64,000 nt of DNA, taken from Takakia lepidozioides (Eukaryota > Plantae > Bryophyta). Under the pieces are notes generated by a model. It was given only the letters and a program-made list of their open reading frames with translations, searched no databases and was not told the origin of the DNA. How positions within the stretch are numbered: the stretch's first letter is position 1; the number at the start of each line of letters is the position of its first letter. The stretch lies in the NCBI GenBank assembly GCA_030704615.1, contig CM060733.1:32736001-32800000 (forward strand). The letters are read 5' to 3'. The translations under genes were made by a program, and so were the position numbers. Shown here piece by piece: positions 52,827-64,000 of this stretch.

Positions 52827-53586
52827 AAAGATGAAGTTTCAATCGTCAAGTATTTTTTTGTGTAATTTTCTAGAAACTTGTAATGTTGACAGCAAAAATT
52901 ATTGATCCAGGGCCACTGTCCCCTGTTCTGTTCAAAACAAATTTAATTTATATTTATTTAAAATAAATAAATAAATAAAACCCTATAGTCATCCAATGCT
53001 AAACTACAGTTTGCCCTGGATAAATGTTACCTCTATAAACGTTAAACTACCATAAATGTTAAAGAAAATTTTACTCCCCTACTTGTGCACATTAGCAAAT
53101 GTTAATTGTTATTTGTTAATAATTGTGCACTCCCCTCTTTGTAAATTTGCCCTCAATAAATGTTAAGTGCACCATAAAGGCTTCATGTAACACGAGGTAT
53201 GCTTCATAATTATAAGGTCCCACTAGATTAGATTATGATAAGATCACATGCTAAAACATACATAACCAATCAAGACATTGGAAAGTAAGCATGAGGTAAT
53301 ACTAAGGTGATTAGAATACCTTGATCCCAGGAGTGTACGCTCCACATTTTTCGACTTGACATGTAGGTTGTTTTTGAGAGACCAGACCACATATGTACTG
53401 GTAGTTGTACTTCTGTTAGATGTTTTGCATAGACGGTATAAAGTTAGAGTGCACCAGGAATCGAGGAAGAACACACACATGCCCTTGAAATTCCAGCCCT
53501 TTAGTGTTCAAGGATGCCAAAATGGCCATACCTACGATTTCTCAATATTTGGAACAAAGGGCTTATGACGTTATGAAAACTATGCC

Positions 53587-56500
53587 TCTCATTTTATAAT
53601 AATAGCGAGTTGAATGCAAGCGTGCGAGCTAACAACACGGTCGCGCCCGGACGAGGGGCGCTCCCCCCCCCCCCCACCCCCCCCCCCCCCCCCCGCAGCT
53701 GTGCGCAGTCTCCCACACCCGCATGTGCCGCGGCGGCTGCAACAACCGCGGCCCCCCGCGGCTGGACCGCCCGGGGTCCGTCGCACGGCCGGTCCGCTGC
53801 GGCAAGTCTGCCGGGGAGGTATGCTTTGCGGTCTGCTCTGCCATGCGCCAGCGGACTGCCATCCAGTCCACTGCCGGCGTCAAATCGGGGCCGTCCATCC
53901 GAGAGCCCATCCTGGCCCTCCAATCTAGGGCGCCATGCCACCGCTCATTTGCGGATTGCCATCAACATGTCTCTTTTTTTTGTCCGAAACTGCGGCAGGT
54001 GTGCGCGGGAGGCGTTGCCTTCCACAGTGTTGTTCTCTTTGTGTTTTCGTGATCTTGAAGGTTCCGAGAGGAGTGGCAGCCCTACAGCCCCCATCGTGCA
54101 TATGCTTCCACTATTTTCGTCATCTTTTTGTGCTGCAAGACCTGTTCTTGGCGATTAAATTGTACATATCATTCGTTTGGGCCACTTGGTTGGGTCCCTA
54201 TGAATGGCAAATGAGGGGGCTCTTTCCAATGAGCGAACTGATTAAACATGCATGCCTAAACATGTCATTAGTAAACATTGCTTTATGGTGCTCTTAAATT
54301 TAATAGTATTCATGGTGTGCTGGAAGCATCCGTCAGTCACTTCACCTCTTCAATCCGCAACGGTAACCATGGGCAAGATGATAGCAAAAATCGCCGGAGC
54401 ATAACATGAGGGCGTGTAAACATTGCAGATTCCATATCCAGCGATGGAACTGCTAGATTTTCTTTTTGTAGTTAGTGATAGTGAGTCTTCCTCAATTATG
54501 TATTTTGGGTTGTGTTATCGTGAGTCTGTTGAACCAAGTCCTGATTTCGACCATGGGCCTCCTTGTACATATATGCGCAAATTGTGGGTCCGTTGGAGTA
54601 TGTTTTCGTGAACCTGTTGTGCGAAACAGTTTCATTATGGATGTGAAGCCAACACGTGTGTGTTCGAGCTTTACGTCTCTGAGTCTGTTGTCCTGTCAAT
54701 CTTTTGGCCTCTCATTTGGTTTGTTTGTTGCACCGTCAGTGTAGACTGTCGGCAGTCTATGCGCGGATAGTCTGCTCTTTCTTATGCACCGTCAGTCTGC
54801 CTGCAGTCTATTCATCCATCGGTAGTCTGCTCTGTCTGTGCTAGTGTAGTCTACTGGCAGTCTGTTGCAGATGGCGACCGAACTATCAGTCTGTTGACCA
54901 GCCAGTCTGTTCACCGACCGTGTGCTCTCTCTTGCAGTCAATCCGTTGATCGTCAATCTGTTCCTCCGGCGGACTGTTGAGAACTAAGGGCATTCGGTTA
55001 CAACGATGGGCGGTGTTTTCGGCTGTCAGCCTGTTGTGCCGACTGTGGGGAGTCTGTTATGCCGTTCATGTCTAGCACGCAGTCTGTCTCAGATGTTGGC
55101 TGAAGACGCAACCTGTACCCGAGGTCTGTTGCACCTGAGGTCTGGTGGACACGAGGTCTGCTGCACCTCCGGTCTGCTGGCTGGGAGTCTGGTAGACCGT
55201 CGGATCCAGCGGACCTTTTAAATGTCGTGACGGCGGTGACGGCCTCAATGAATGCTCGCCACTTCGAGCCGGTGAGACTGCATGTCCGGTCTGGTGTCTG
55301 CGTGGCCTCCAACTTCGCCTTCCCGCCTTCTCACCATTTGTCTGAACGTCCGTCTTTCTTGCGCGCACAGATGTGGACTATCCTGTAGTCCCAACCGTCA
55401 TGCACACCGTTGCTCCCGTTGCGCTCGTAGGCAGTTGTGTTCGTCATCCTTGTCATTATCTCCCTCTCTTCTCTTTCTGTCCTCGTTCTTTCTCCTCGCA
55501 GGGAGTCGTTTGTAATCGTTCTTTGTAGTCCTCTTTGCAGTTTGTTCTTCGCAGTCCTTCTTGCAGGTCTTCTGTGTTGTAAGAGGCGATGGAGGATGCT
55601 TGCGTGAAGGGTGGACCGAACTGGATGGAGTTTGTGCACATGACGCGGTTGAAGAAATTGCGAAGATACTAGTACTCACCAATGGAGTACAATCGTAAAA
55701 TAGTGGAAGCATGTGTGGATCTGAAGGTTGCAAGGTCGAAAAACCCTGAATAAGAAGGAGAGGCTCAAGTGTCCTTTTTGTGAGGAGAACATAAAGGACA
55801 AAATCCAGTTAAACTGGCATTGTGTGGACACGGGATGCAAGGCCACCATTCCTCCTGATTTCAAGCCCTGGTCCATACCAGTGTCACAGAAAGCACGAGA
55901 CAACGCTGTTTTCAGAACCCACGGCGCAAACCCAGTCCCTCGAAGTTATGAAGAATTGCGCCAACGGTACTGGCGGGCTGTTGGAAGGGTGGCTGGAACG
56001 GGTTTGGAGGAAGTGCCTCCCCGCAAGCGAAATTTCAGTGATGGGGCCGCAAAGAAGGCCCAAGCAAAAGTGCAAGGTCTGCTCGCAATGCAAGCATGGC
56101 TTCCCAGCCGGGGGGTCCGTCCCAAATGCGGCTGCCCCGAAGGTCCCGGCAGACTATACCCATCAGTGACTCAAGTGAGTTTGCCCATGTTCCCACCCAG
56201 CGGTATGCTGGCTCAACAAAGAATGTCATCCGCAACAATGACTTTGAAGGGCAAGGTCCGCTATCCAGTGTAGTGGATATTGAGTTGTATGAGAGGACTA
56301 ACATGGACATGCACATAGACAGCCTGGACGACAACACCTCCCTAGCCCACACCGTCCAGGAGACCGAGCAGTGTCTTCTCGGATCTGGGCAGACTGACTC
56401 TGTGCAACCACAGACCGAGGGACCAGTCTGCCCGGGAACGTTGCACCTAATTCCATTTGGGGTTCTCCCATCGGTCTACCCGCCGCAAGACGATTCAGAT

Positions 56501-59500
56501 TTCTTCCCATTTTTCTTCAGATTTGTGCAAACCGGTCGGATGGCCGTAACCATTGTTGAGGCTGAATAGAATTGGTTGAAATCCCTTGAATGTCCTGACG
56601 ATGATGACAACATACAACACGAGGTAATGTTGAAGACTTGCTGCTGTTGTCCGCTGGTCAGTCTTCTGGTCTGTCATGTATGTCCTACCGCTGATCGATC
56701 CTATGTCTGTCTAATGGAGTAGTCTGATGGTGTTGGTGAGCCCTGTGGTCTGTCATGTATGTGTTCTGGTCATGAGCTCTCTGGTCTGTCATGCATGTAT
56801 GCTGCCCTTTAATTGGGTGAAGCCGGCAGACCTCTTGTAGTCGCAGTCTGCTGGAGAAAACATCACTTCAGCAGAATGAACAGTACAACCTTCACTGAAA
56901 GACGGAGTCAGGTCTGTTGAGGATTGGGAGACAGGCTTCGGCCAGCGTCGTTAGCACATACGGTGTGCTGGCTCTGTATGAACCGATCTACTCGGTCTGT
57001 TCAATACCGGTCTTTTGCGCCGGGTCTGTTGGATCCAGTACTGAAATTTTGTGTCGCGTGCTTGTTCAGACTATTATCGTTCGAGAGTCTATTCGGAGAG
57101 ACATATCAGCTTGGCGGATACGCAGCATGGACCTTCCTTTACAACTCACAGCCTTGCGGCTTTGAAGTGGAGCAGGTTCGCGAGTACATTCTGTTCAAAT
57201 ATCCCAGGTCTTCACCCGCCATACATGAACTTGAGACGGAGCCTGCCCCAGCCCCCCAACAGACCCCTGACCTTGCCTCAGCAGACCACATCAAGAGACC
57301 GCATCAGACTACAGTACACCAAAGCCCTCAGCAAACCTCAACAGACCGCTTCAGACAACACAAGGCCTCAGCACACAGCACCGGATGTTGGCAGACTTGA
57401 GCATACCTCCTCGGTTGTGGGAGCACAGCATACCGTGGGCATGGAAGTCACTGAAGACTATGTCCATTTCCCCTCCAGCGTGGGGATATTTGGGGTGTGG
57501 AGATCGCCATTACCGGTTGCGCCTCTCCAAGGTGAAAATCATACACTTCCCCATTTCAGGGTTGGTGATTCAAGTGCCCATGTGGACTGGTATAGTGACC
57601 TGCACCACATTGTAATAGACCGGTGTTGGGCCTTTGTCCCTTTTCACTATTCCATGGAGTAAAGCTTGCTGTTACTTTTTGGGAGATCCAAACGCCACTC
57701 CTTGTCCAGCTAATTCTAATGGATGACCCGCGACCGCAGGAGATTCGTCATATGCCCATGGCACACCCTACGGTCGGGGTCCGCAAAAAGCACTTGTCGG
57801 CAATTTCAGCAGAGCATTTTGACATAATGACATGTACCTTCCTCCAACATCGATGGATGCAGTTCGGTAATTTCACATCATACAAGAAATTGCTAAAAGA
57901 CCTGCCCACACTTTGTATAGACTTGTTGCATGGTTCCCCGCAGGCACGAGAATCTGTTATGGATGAGGCGTTGTTATGGTTCTCCTTGGTAATGGAGCGA
58001 GTTGTGCTTGACATTGTGTTGCGCCAACCACATATCGTTCGAATTCTGTGGTCTGGAACACCACGAGATGGCCCTTGCCCATCTGGATTGTGCACTGCTG
58101 GACCTGACAAATAAAAGATATTGGACTCGTTGGTAATCTCCTCGAAGGTAACCAGATTTTTATCCGGTGCTTTACTTTCTTGCTGCACTACTTTCCAAAC
58201 GCACTACACATGTGTTCTGATACATTTTTGCGGTTTCATGCAGGGCGGCCTGAGGGTCCGCAAAATGATGTCCTCAATGCATTCGACTCCCTTGCCAGGG
58301 TTGCGCGAGAGGTTGTTCAGGCCGTGCAAGGTCGTAAAGCATCGGGGTATGTCGGGAAGGCTGGGCAGGTCCAGCAGACTACCGTTGAGTCTGCTGGCCA
58401 TCGTATGGATCAACCGAGCCCGGAGCATGATGTGCACGGGACTGCGTGGCAGAAGACTGACCCCAGGACTGGGAATGAGACTCAGCATGAGACTCTTCAG
58501 GCTACTCTCCAAGATACTGCTCAGCAGACCATCGACGATCACACTGGCAAAAACAATGACGGGCAGATTGCCATGGAGGAATCGTAGCAGACCGCAGGGC
58601 AATGCTCAGAGCAGACTTGGAAGCACAATTCCCATCAGACCATAGAGCAAACCGCACAGCCCACCTTCAAGCATAGTTCGCAGCAGACCTCACAGCGGGA
58701 CCAGCCGCCGTCTATGTTTCTCATCCAGTCTGTTGTGACGGTTCAGTGGTACGACCCGCAATGGCGTGCAGAGCATTTTTTGCAATACAGACGCATATCC
58801 CAAGCCCAACCAAATTTTTTTTCGTCTGCGAACCCCATGTTGATAATGTCGGAGTCCACTTTACCTACTATGACATTTGAGGTTAGTCCCCAGCTAGTTC
58901 GTTCACTAGCAAAAGCCATCGATGAATTTGACGTGACCGAACATAACTATAGGCCAGTAAACCGAATAATAGACCTTACAGCCAAATCTAATGAGGACGG
59001 ACCATCAACGACTGCCAGTCTGTTATGTCGGAATGCTCAGTCTGTTATGTCAGACGACCCTCACATCACTCTTGATGAAGTTGATAGTCTGCTGGAGTAC
59101 CTACAAGACCAAAACCAACGTGTGGCGGAGCAGGACAGACAGTAGACTGACACAACTGCCCATGACACTGCTCAAGAGACTTTGGACAAGACTGCCGCTC
59201 ACATCACAGCCCGGCGAGACTGTGAACTATACAGCCCAGGAGACTGCTCCAAACACTGCCGTGCAGACTGTGGACGATAGTGTCCAGCGTACTTGCACAC
59301 AGGCTGCCCAGCAGACTGTCAATGCCCCTCTGTTATGCCAGGGTACTAACTGCAATGTTGCCCAACAGACTGCGCATGGAGGTGTCGAGGAGACTGGCCA
59401 GAAGACTGCAGTGGTTGCGAAAGAGGACAATGCCGATATCCCAGAGTCTGGGCAGGAGACTGCCGAGCACACTCCACCACCGACTGCCTAGCCAACTGCA

Positions 59501-60163
59501 CCTCATGGTGCCTAGCAGACTCAAGAAGATTGTGCCCAACAAACAGCTCAAGACTCTGTCCAGAACTATGCCCATGAGTCTGCCCAACAGTCTGCCCAGC
59601 TGTCAGACTGTGCCCAGAATACTGTCGCAGAAGACTGTGCCTAAGCAACACCACAAGGGTCTGTCTTCCACATTGAATAACAGCCCGCCCAAGAGACTGC
59701 ACTTGAGTCTGCTCAGGAGAGTGCGCATAACTCTGTCCATGAGGCCACGATGGACGACGCACCAGTAGAGGTTTTGCCGGCGTTGTCTCCATTGCAGTCA
59801 AGTGCCCCTCCTCCCAATGTTGGATCAACAACAAAGGCAGGTGGTCTCGTCTTGACACTGCCGGATTTACGGGTTAGTTCAACGTATCGCATACGTGAGG
59901 CTGCGAGGACGGGGCCTCCAAGTATAAACAAACCTCCAGACAGTGTTTTGTTGCGGAGCAGAGCTGCATTATTGCGCCAGTCTGGGCAATTCGTCCCAGC
60001 CATAGCACTGGAGAGCACCTCGGGGACAGCTGAAAGAGGGAAGGCAGCAAAGCGCCCTGTGGTAGAGGTGGCCCAGGAGACTGGAGAGGGTCATGTGCCC
60101 AAAAAAGCTGCCCGGAAAGGCAAATCAGATGTGTTCATGAACAAGGACCGGCGGTTGTGTTTG
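53587..60163 (+). mobile_element. Second, diverged member of the unclassified long-TIR element family (left end and degenerate gene)
   Basis: Terminal motif tgcaagcgtgcgagct at 53615, poly-C GC-rich block, and gene homologous to 16288-17353; right end not in window. Confidence 0.6.
55589..60163 (+). pseudogene. Degenerate multi-exon gene of unknown family (C2HC/C2H2-like finger, PGT..GVLPS domain, Gln/Thr-rich low-complexity region)
   Basis: CPFCEENIKDKIQLNWHCVDTGC; PGTLHLIPFGVLPS; chain of overlapping + ORFs 55728-60184 broken by stops and frameshifts; interrupted by an LTR at 60164. Confidence 0.55.
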
Positions 60164-60727
60164 TGTCGCGGCCCTTCGCCTTGAGGGCAGGGGGTCGGGA
60201 CACAAGAGGGGCTGCCCCTGTGGTGGGGGCAGTGGCAACAATAGATACGGGGGCTGAAGCACCCTTGAGTGCCCAAGGCACTCAAGGAGGCGGAGGCGCT
60301 CACTAGGTGGAGCCTCGCACACCGGGTTGCGGTGGGGGTGGTTCCACGAGAGGTGGTGGTAGCTTAGTGGGACTTAGTGGGGGTGGCATAGGACTCACCA
60401 TGGGGGCGGAGACCTTGTGGTGGGAGTCGTGGGGAGTCTTGGGACTCATCACGGTCCAATGGGGCCATGGTGGATGAGCCAAGACTCACCGCAACTCACC
60501 ACCGGGAATCGAGGGTTTTCATGGTGGTTCACCATAAAATGACTGGGTTGTTTGTGAAACCCCCACGGACAGTCACAGAAGTATATATAGGGAGTAGTAA
60601 CCCCAAAAACGGTGCAAGCCCGTTGGTGACCAAAAACTAGTAAGTACGCGTGCGAGCCGGAAAGCGACCAAGGTGTGGGGAGCTGTTCCGGACTGCCAAC
60701 ATCCAAAAGGGAATTTCCACTAGGCCC
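60164..60727 (+). mobile_element. TGTCGC-family LTR, 3'-deleted
   Basis: Near-identical to 22111-22637; stops at cactaggccc and joins gag-like sequence. Confidence 0.87.
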
Positions 60728-63700
60728 ATCATGGGGTCGTGCAAGCCAAAGCCAAAGCGGAACGGCCCGAAAGATGATGATCCTGGTGAGCCCGATGGGG
60801 CCGACGTATCACCGAAGCGTCAATTTGAGGAGGCGATTCATGCTTTTGAAAGCGAGGCCGCTCAAGAACGGGAGGAATCTGGGGAGTCGGAGCCCGAGGA
60901 CTTCCCGTAGGCTCTGCCAGACCAATAGATGCCTCCCATGCCAGCAGCCTTTTGGGAAGGGTTGTTGGCGCAGTTTGGCGGAACGTTGAAAGACGTGTTG
61001 CAGGCGGCTAATGCCACTTCCACTAAGGCAAAGTTTAAGGTGAAGCCTAAAGAACCCGACACCTTTGAGGGCATCCAAAATTGGAAGGCACTCAACACCT
61101 GGCTCTTGGAGCTGGAGTAGTACTTCCGGGCGGCCAAGTTGAGTGACGAGGATCGGGTGGAAGTGGCTCCCACCTATTTGAGGGGCTATGCTCAACATTG
61201 GTGGCAGAAACGCCTTCATGACCGAGGTCCAAACCCGGAAACCTTGAACAGGAGTGGGTTCAAGGAACTTATGAAAAAAGACAGTTTGTTCCCCTCAATG
61301 CGTCCTGGCTCGCCCGGGACAAGATGATGAACTTGAAGCAAACGGATGACATTCGGGGATATGTTCAGGCTTTCAATGTCGCGGCCCTTTGCCTTGAGGG
61401 TAGGGGGTCGGGACACATGAGGGGCTGCCCTTGTGGTAGGGGCAGCGGCAGTGATAGGTATGGGGGGCTGAAGCACCCTTGAGTGCCCAAGGCACTCAAG
61501 GAGGCGGAGGCGCTCACTAGGTGGAGCCCCGCACACCGGGTTGCGGTGGGGGTGGCTCCACAAGGGGTGGTGGTAGCTTAGCGGGACTTAGTGGGGGTGG
61601 CATAGGACTCACCATGGGGGCGGAGACCTTGTGGTGGGAGTCGTGGGGAGTCTTGGGACTCATCACGGTCCATAGAGGCCGTGGTGAGTGGGCCAAGACT
61701 CACCGCGACTCATCACCGGGAGTCGAGGGTTTTCGTGGTGGTTCGCCATAAAATGGCATGGCTGGTTGTGAAACCCCCGCGGACAGCTACAGAAGTATAT
61801 ATAAGGGGAGTAGTGACCCCGAGAACACTTCTTGGCCATGTACCCGGACTCTCCACAATTAAAACACATTCCATCGAAGGTCGCATTCAGTCCGCCATAA
61901 GCCGTCGCACCTGATTTTCTTTTTTCGGAGCACTGGGTGTCGCCTTGACGTGTGAAGGCCCTCCCTTCGATTTCCATGTGCCATTGTCGCCGCGTGGCCT
62001 ATCCCACTTCTTTTCCGGTCGGAAAGAGTCACCCTCCCGCCGACTCTTCTTGTGGTTCAGCTCCGTACGGCCTTGTCTTTTGCCCCCAGGGACATCCGAG
62101 AACCATTCAGCCCTTTCAATTGCCTCGTTCAAAGTCTTAGGTGGCTTCTCCTCCAACTTCCGCCTAGCATCCCGCCACAAAGTTGAAGACCATTTCTGGT
62201 TCCGCCATATCCGCAACTTCGAGCAACAGCACATTGAATGTCGCGCACCTCAATTCGGTAAGCTCCCCTTCAAGTCATAGTTACTTGCTTTGATGCGCGC
62301 GCCTGACTCCCACCTGGCTGCCGGGCCAACTTGGAGCTTCGGCTGCTCACCGGGACATAACGGTCCCCCTTTGCTCTCCCACTAAACCCTCCACCTATTT
62401 GGGCCTAGTGGAATTCCCTTTGGTAGATGGGCGAAACCCCGACAATTGAACATGACTCGGGCAACCACGGAGCTGTCCGAAGATTCCATCAGCCGCTTGG
62501 TGGAAGCGGTGGTTGCCAAAACTTGCAAGGTAGGCAACTACTCTTGTGAGTTGTATTAGGAGACTGGCCCCTTGTGTAAAGGGAGTCAGTTAATGTTTGT
62601 GAGTGGGATAATTTCTGGAACTAACGTGTCGTTGTTGGTGGACACAGGAGCGTCGCACTCCTTCATGACACCGGCAACGGCACGAAAGCTGGGGCTCCGA
62701 CTAGTGATGTGGGGGCCTCTATTGAAGTGCATTCTGCCAAAGGAGAACCACAACTGGCGACGAGGTTGGCGTTCGATGTTCCCCTTCAGCTGGGGAATTG
62801 GGAGGGACGTGAGAACTTCACCATTTGCGAGATCGATGGAGTGGATCTCTTTTTGGGGATGACCTTTTTGAGCAAATCAGGAGCGATCATAGATGGCCGC
62901 AAGAGAGTAGTCACGCTACCGTGTGGGAATGGTGGCGGAGTTTGACGGGTGTCAAAAACACCCAACCCAGTGGGAGGGCGAATAAACCTGCTGTCAACAA
63001 AGGAGTGGGCCGTGGAAGAGCCACACGAGCCCCAATTTTTGCTTTACATAAGACAAGTGGAGGGAGAAGGCAATAGGGAGCCGAGTCCAGATTGGATCAA
63101 GGAGATCTTGGAGAAATACCAGGATGTGATGCCGGAGGATTTACCAAGCGGCTTGCCACTGCGAAGAGGAGTTGACCATAAGATTGAGGTGATACCGGGA
63201 TCGGAGTCGTCTGCCAAGGCGCCCTACCGGTTGAGCCACAGAGAGTTGGTCGAGCTGAAGACTCAGCTTAAGGATCTAATGTCAAAGGGGTACATCTGGC
63301 CGAGTAAGTCACCTTACGGAGCCCCGGTGCTATTCACAGACAAGAAGGACGGGACGCTGCGGATGTGTGTCGATTACAGGACTCTAAATAAGGTGACTAT
63401 AAAAAACCAGTACCTTTTGTCAAGGATCGACGACCTCTTCAATCGGTTGGCAGGAGCGAAGTATTTCAGCCGGATAGATTTGCGCTCCGGCTATCATCAA
63501 ATCCGAGTGGCGGAAGGAGATGAGGAGAAGACCGCGTGCAGGACAAGATATGGTTCATATGAGTTCTTGGTGATGCCCTTTGGGCTCACCAATGCACCCG
63601 CGATCTTTAGCACGCTAATGAACAGCCTTTTCCAGGAGTGGTTGGACGATTTTGTGATCGTGTACATTGACGACATCTTGGTGTACTCGAAAACAAAGGA

Positions 63701-64000
63701 AGAGCACCTGGAGCACCTCAAAAGGGTGTTCTAGAAATTGCGGGAAAGGAAGTTGTATGCCAAAGTTTCAAAGTGTGAATTCGGGGTCACAAAAGTGGAG
63801 TTCCTAGGGCATGTGATTACACAGGATGGGATCAAAATGGATGACAGAAAGGTGAGGGCGATCTTGGACTGGGAGCCTCCGACTTCGGTCCCGAAAGCGC
63901 GATCCTTCCTAGGACTCGCCTCCTATTACCGAAAGTATGTGAGAAATTTTACCAAGATCGCGGGGCCGCTGTCAGATCTTCTGTGTAAGTCCAAGATATG
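60728..64000 (+). mobile_element. Ty3/gypsy gag-pol pseudogene (pol of the same family as 17624-21206), interrupted by a solo LTR and an internal inversion; continues past the window end
   Basis: gag KPKEPDTFEG...YLRGYAQHWW; inverted gag part 61826-62238 with CFNCGESGYMAKKC; LVDTGASHSF; RT VYIDDIL. Confidence 0.92.
61377..62473. mobile_element. Solo LTR inserted in gag (5' part 61377-61826 on +; 3' part 62239-62473 on -)
   Basis: 5-bp TSD TTCAA at 61372-61376 and, on the - strand, 62234-62238; gag frame YVQAFN|VLLLEVADM rejoins across it. Confidence 0.88.

Noticed and set aside
53587-53600. Helitron 5' end (TC start)
   Set aside because: No A|TC insertion context, and no Rep/helicase or 3' hairpin-CTRR seen; not excluded but unsupported

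Overview
Eukaryotic nuclear DNA from a land plant, most likely a non-seed plant (inferred from the PLS-PPR style and the chromodomain-bearing Ty3 elements). Three intact host genes are present: USP39/SAD1 (+, 9 exons), RAD23 (+, 11 exons) and cytosolic HSP70 (-, 2 exons). Between RAD23 and HSP70 lies a ~25-kb nested transposon complex (14983-40023) bounded by >=750-bp GC-rich inverted repeats and a near-perfect 8-bp target duplication. It contains a decayed gene of an unrecognised family, chromovirus remnants and a CACTA TnpD gene. The TnpD gene is interrupted by a non-autonomous Pack-CACTA carrying PLS-PPR sequence amplified into a ~22-monomer higher-order tandem array. A later 6.6-kb inversion (22638-29230) split that array into an inverted repeat behind an LTR promoter. 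Undoing the inversion in silico restores the LTR, the PPR monomer, the CACTA TIR pair with its GGT TSD and the TnpD reading frame. Upstream of HSP70 (higher coordinates) are heat-shock elements, two L1-type LINE remnants, and a second, diverged member of the unclassified element family (53587 onward) that shares two protein domains with the first. That second member is invaded by a rearranged chromovirus. All calls come from reading the sequence by eye; no database search was run.
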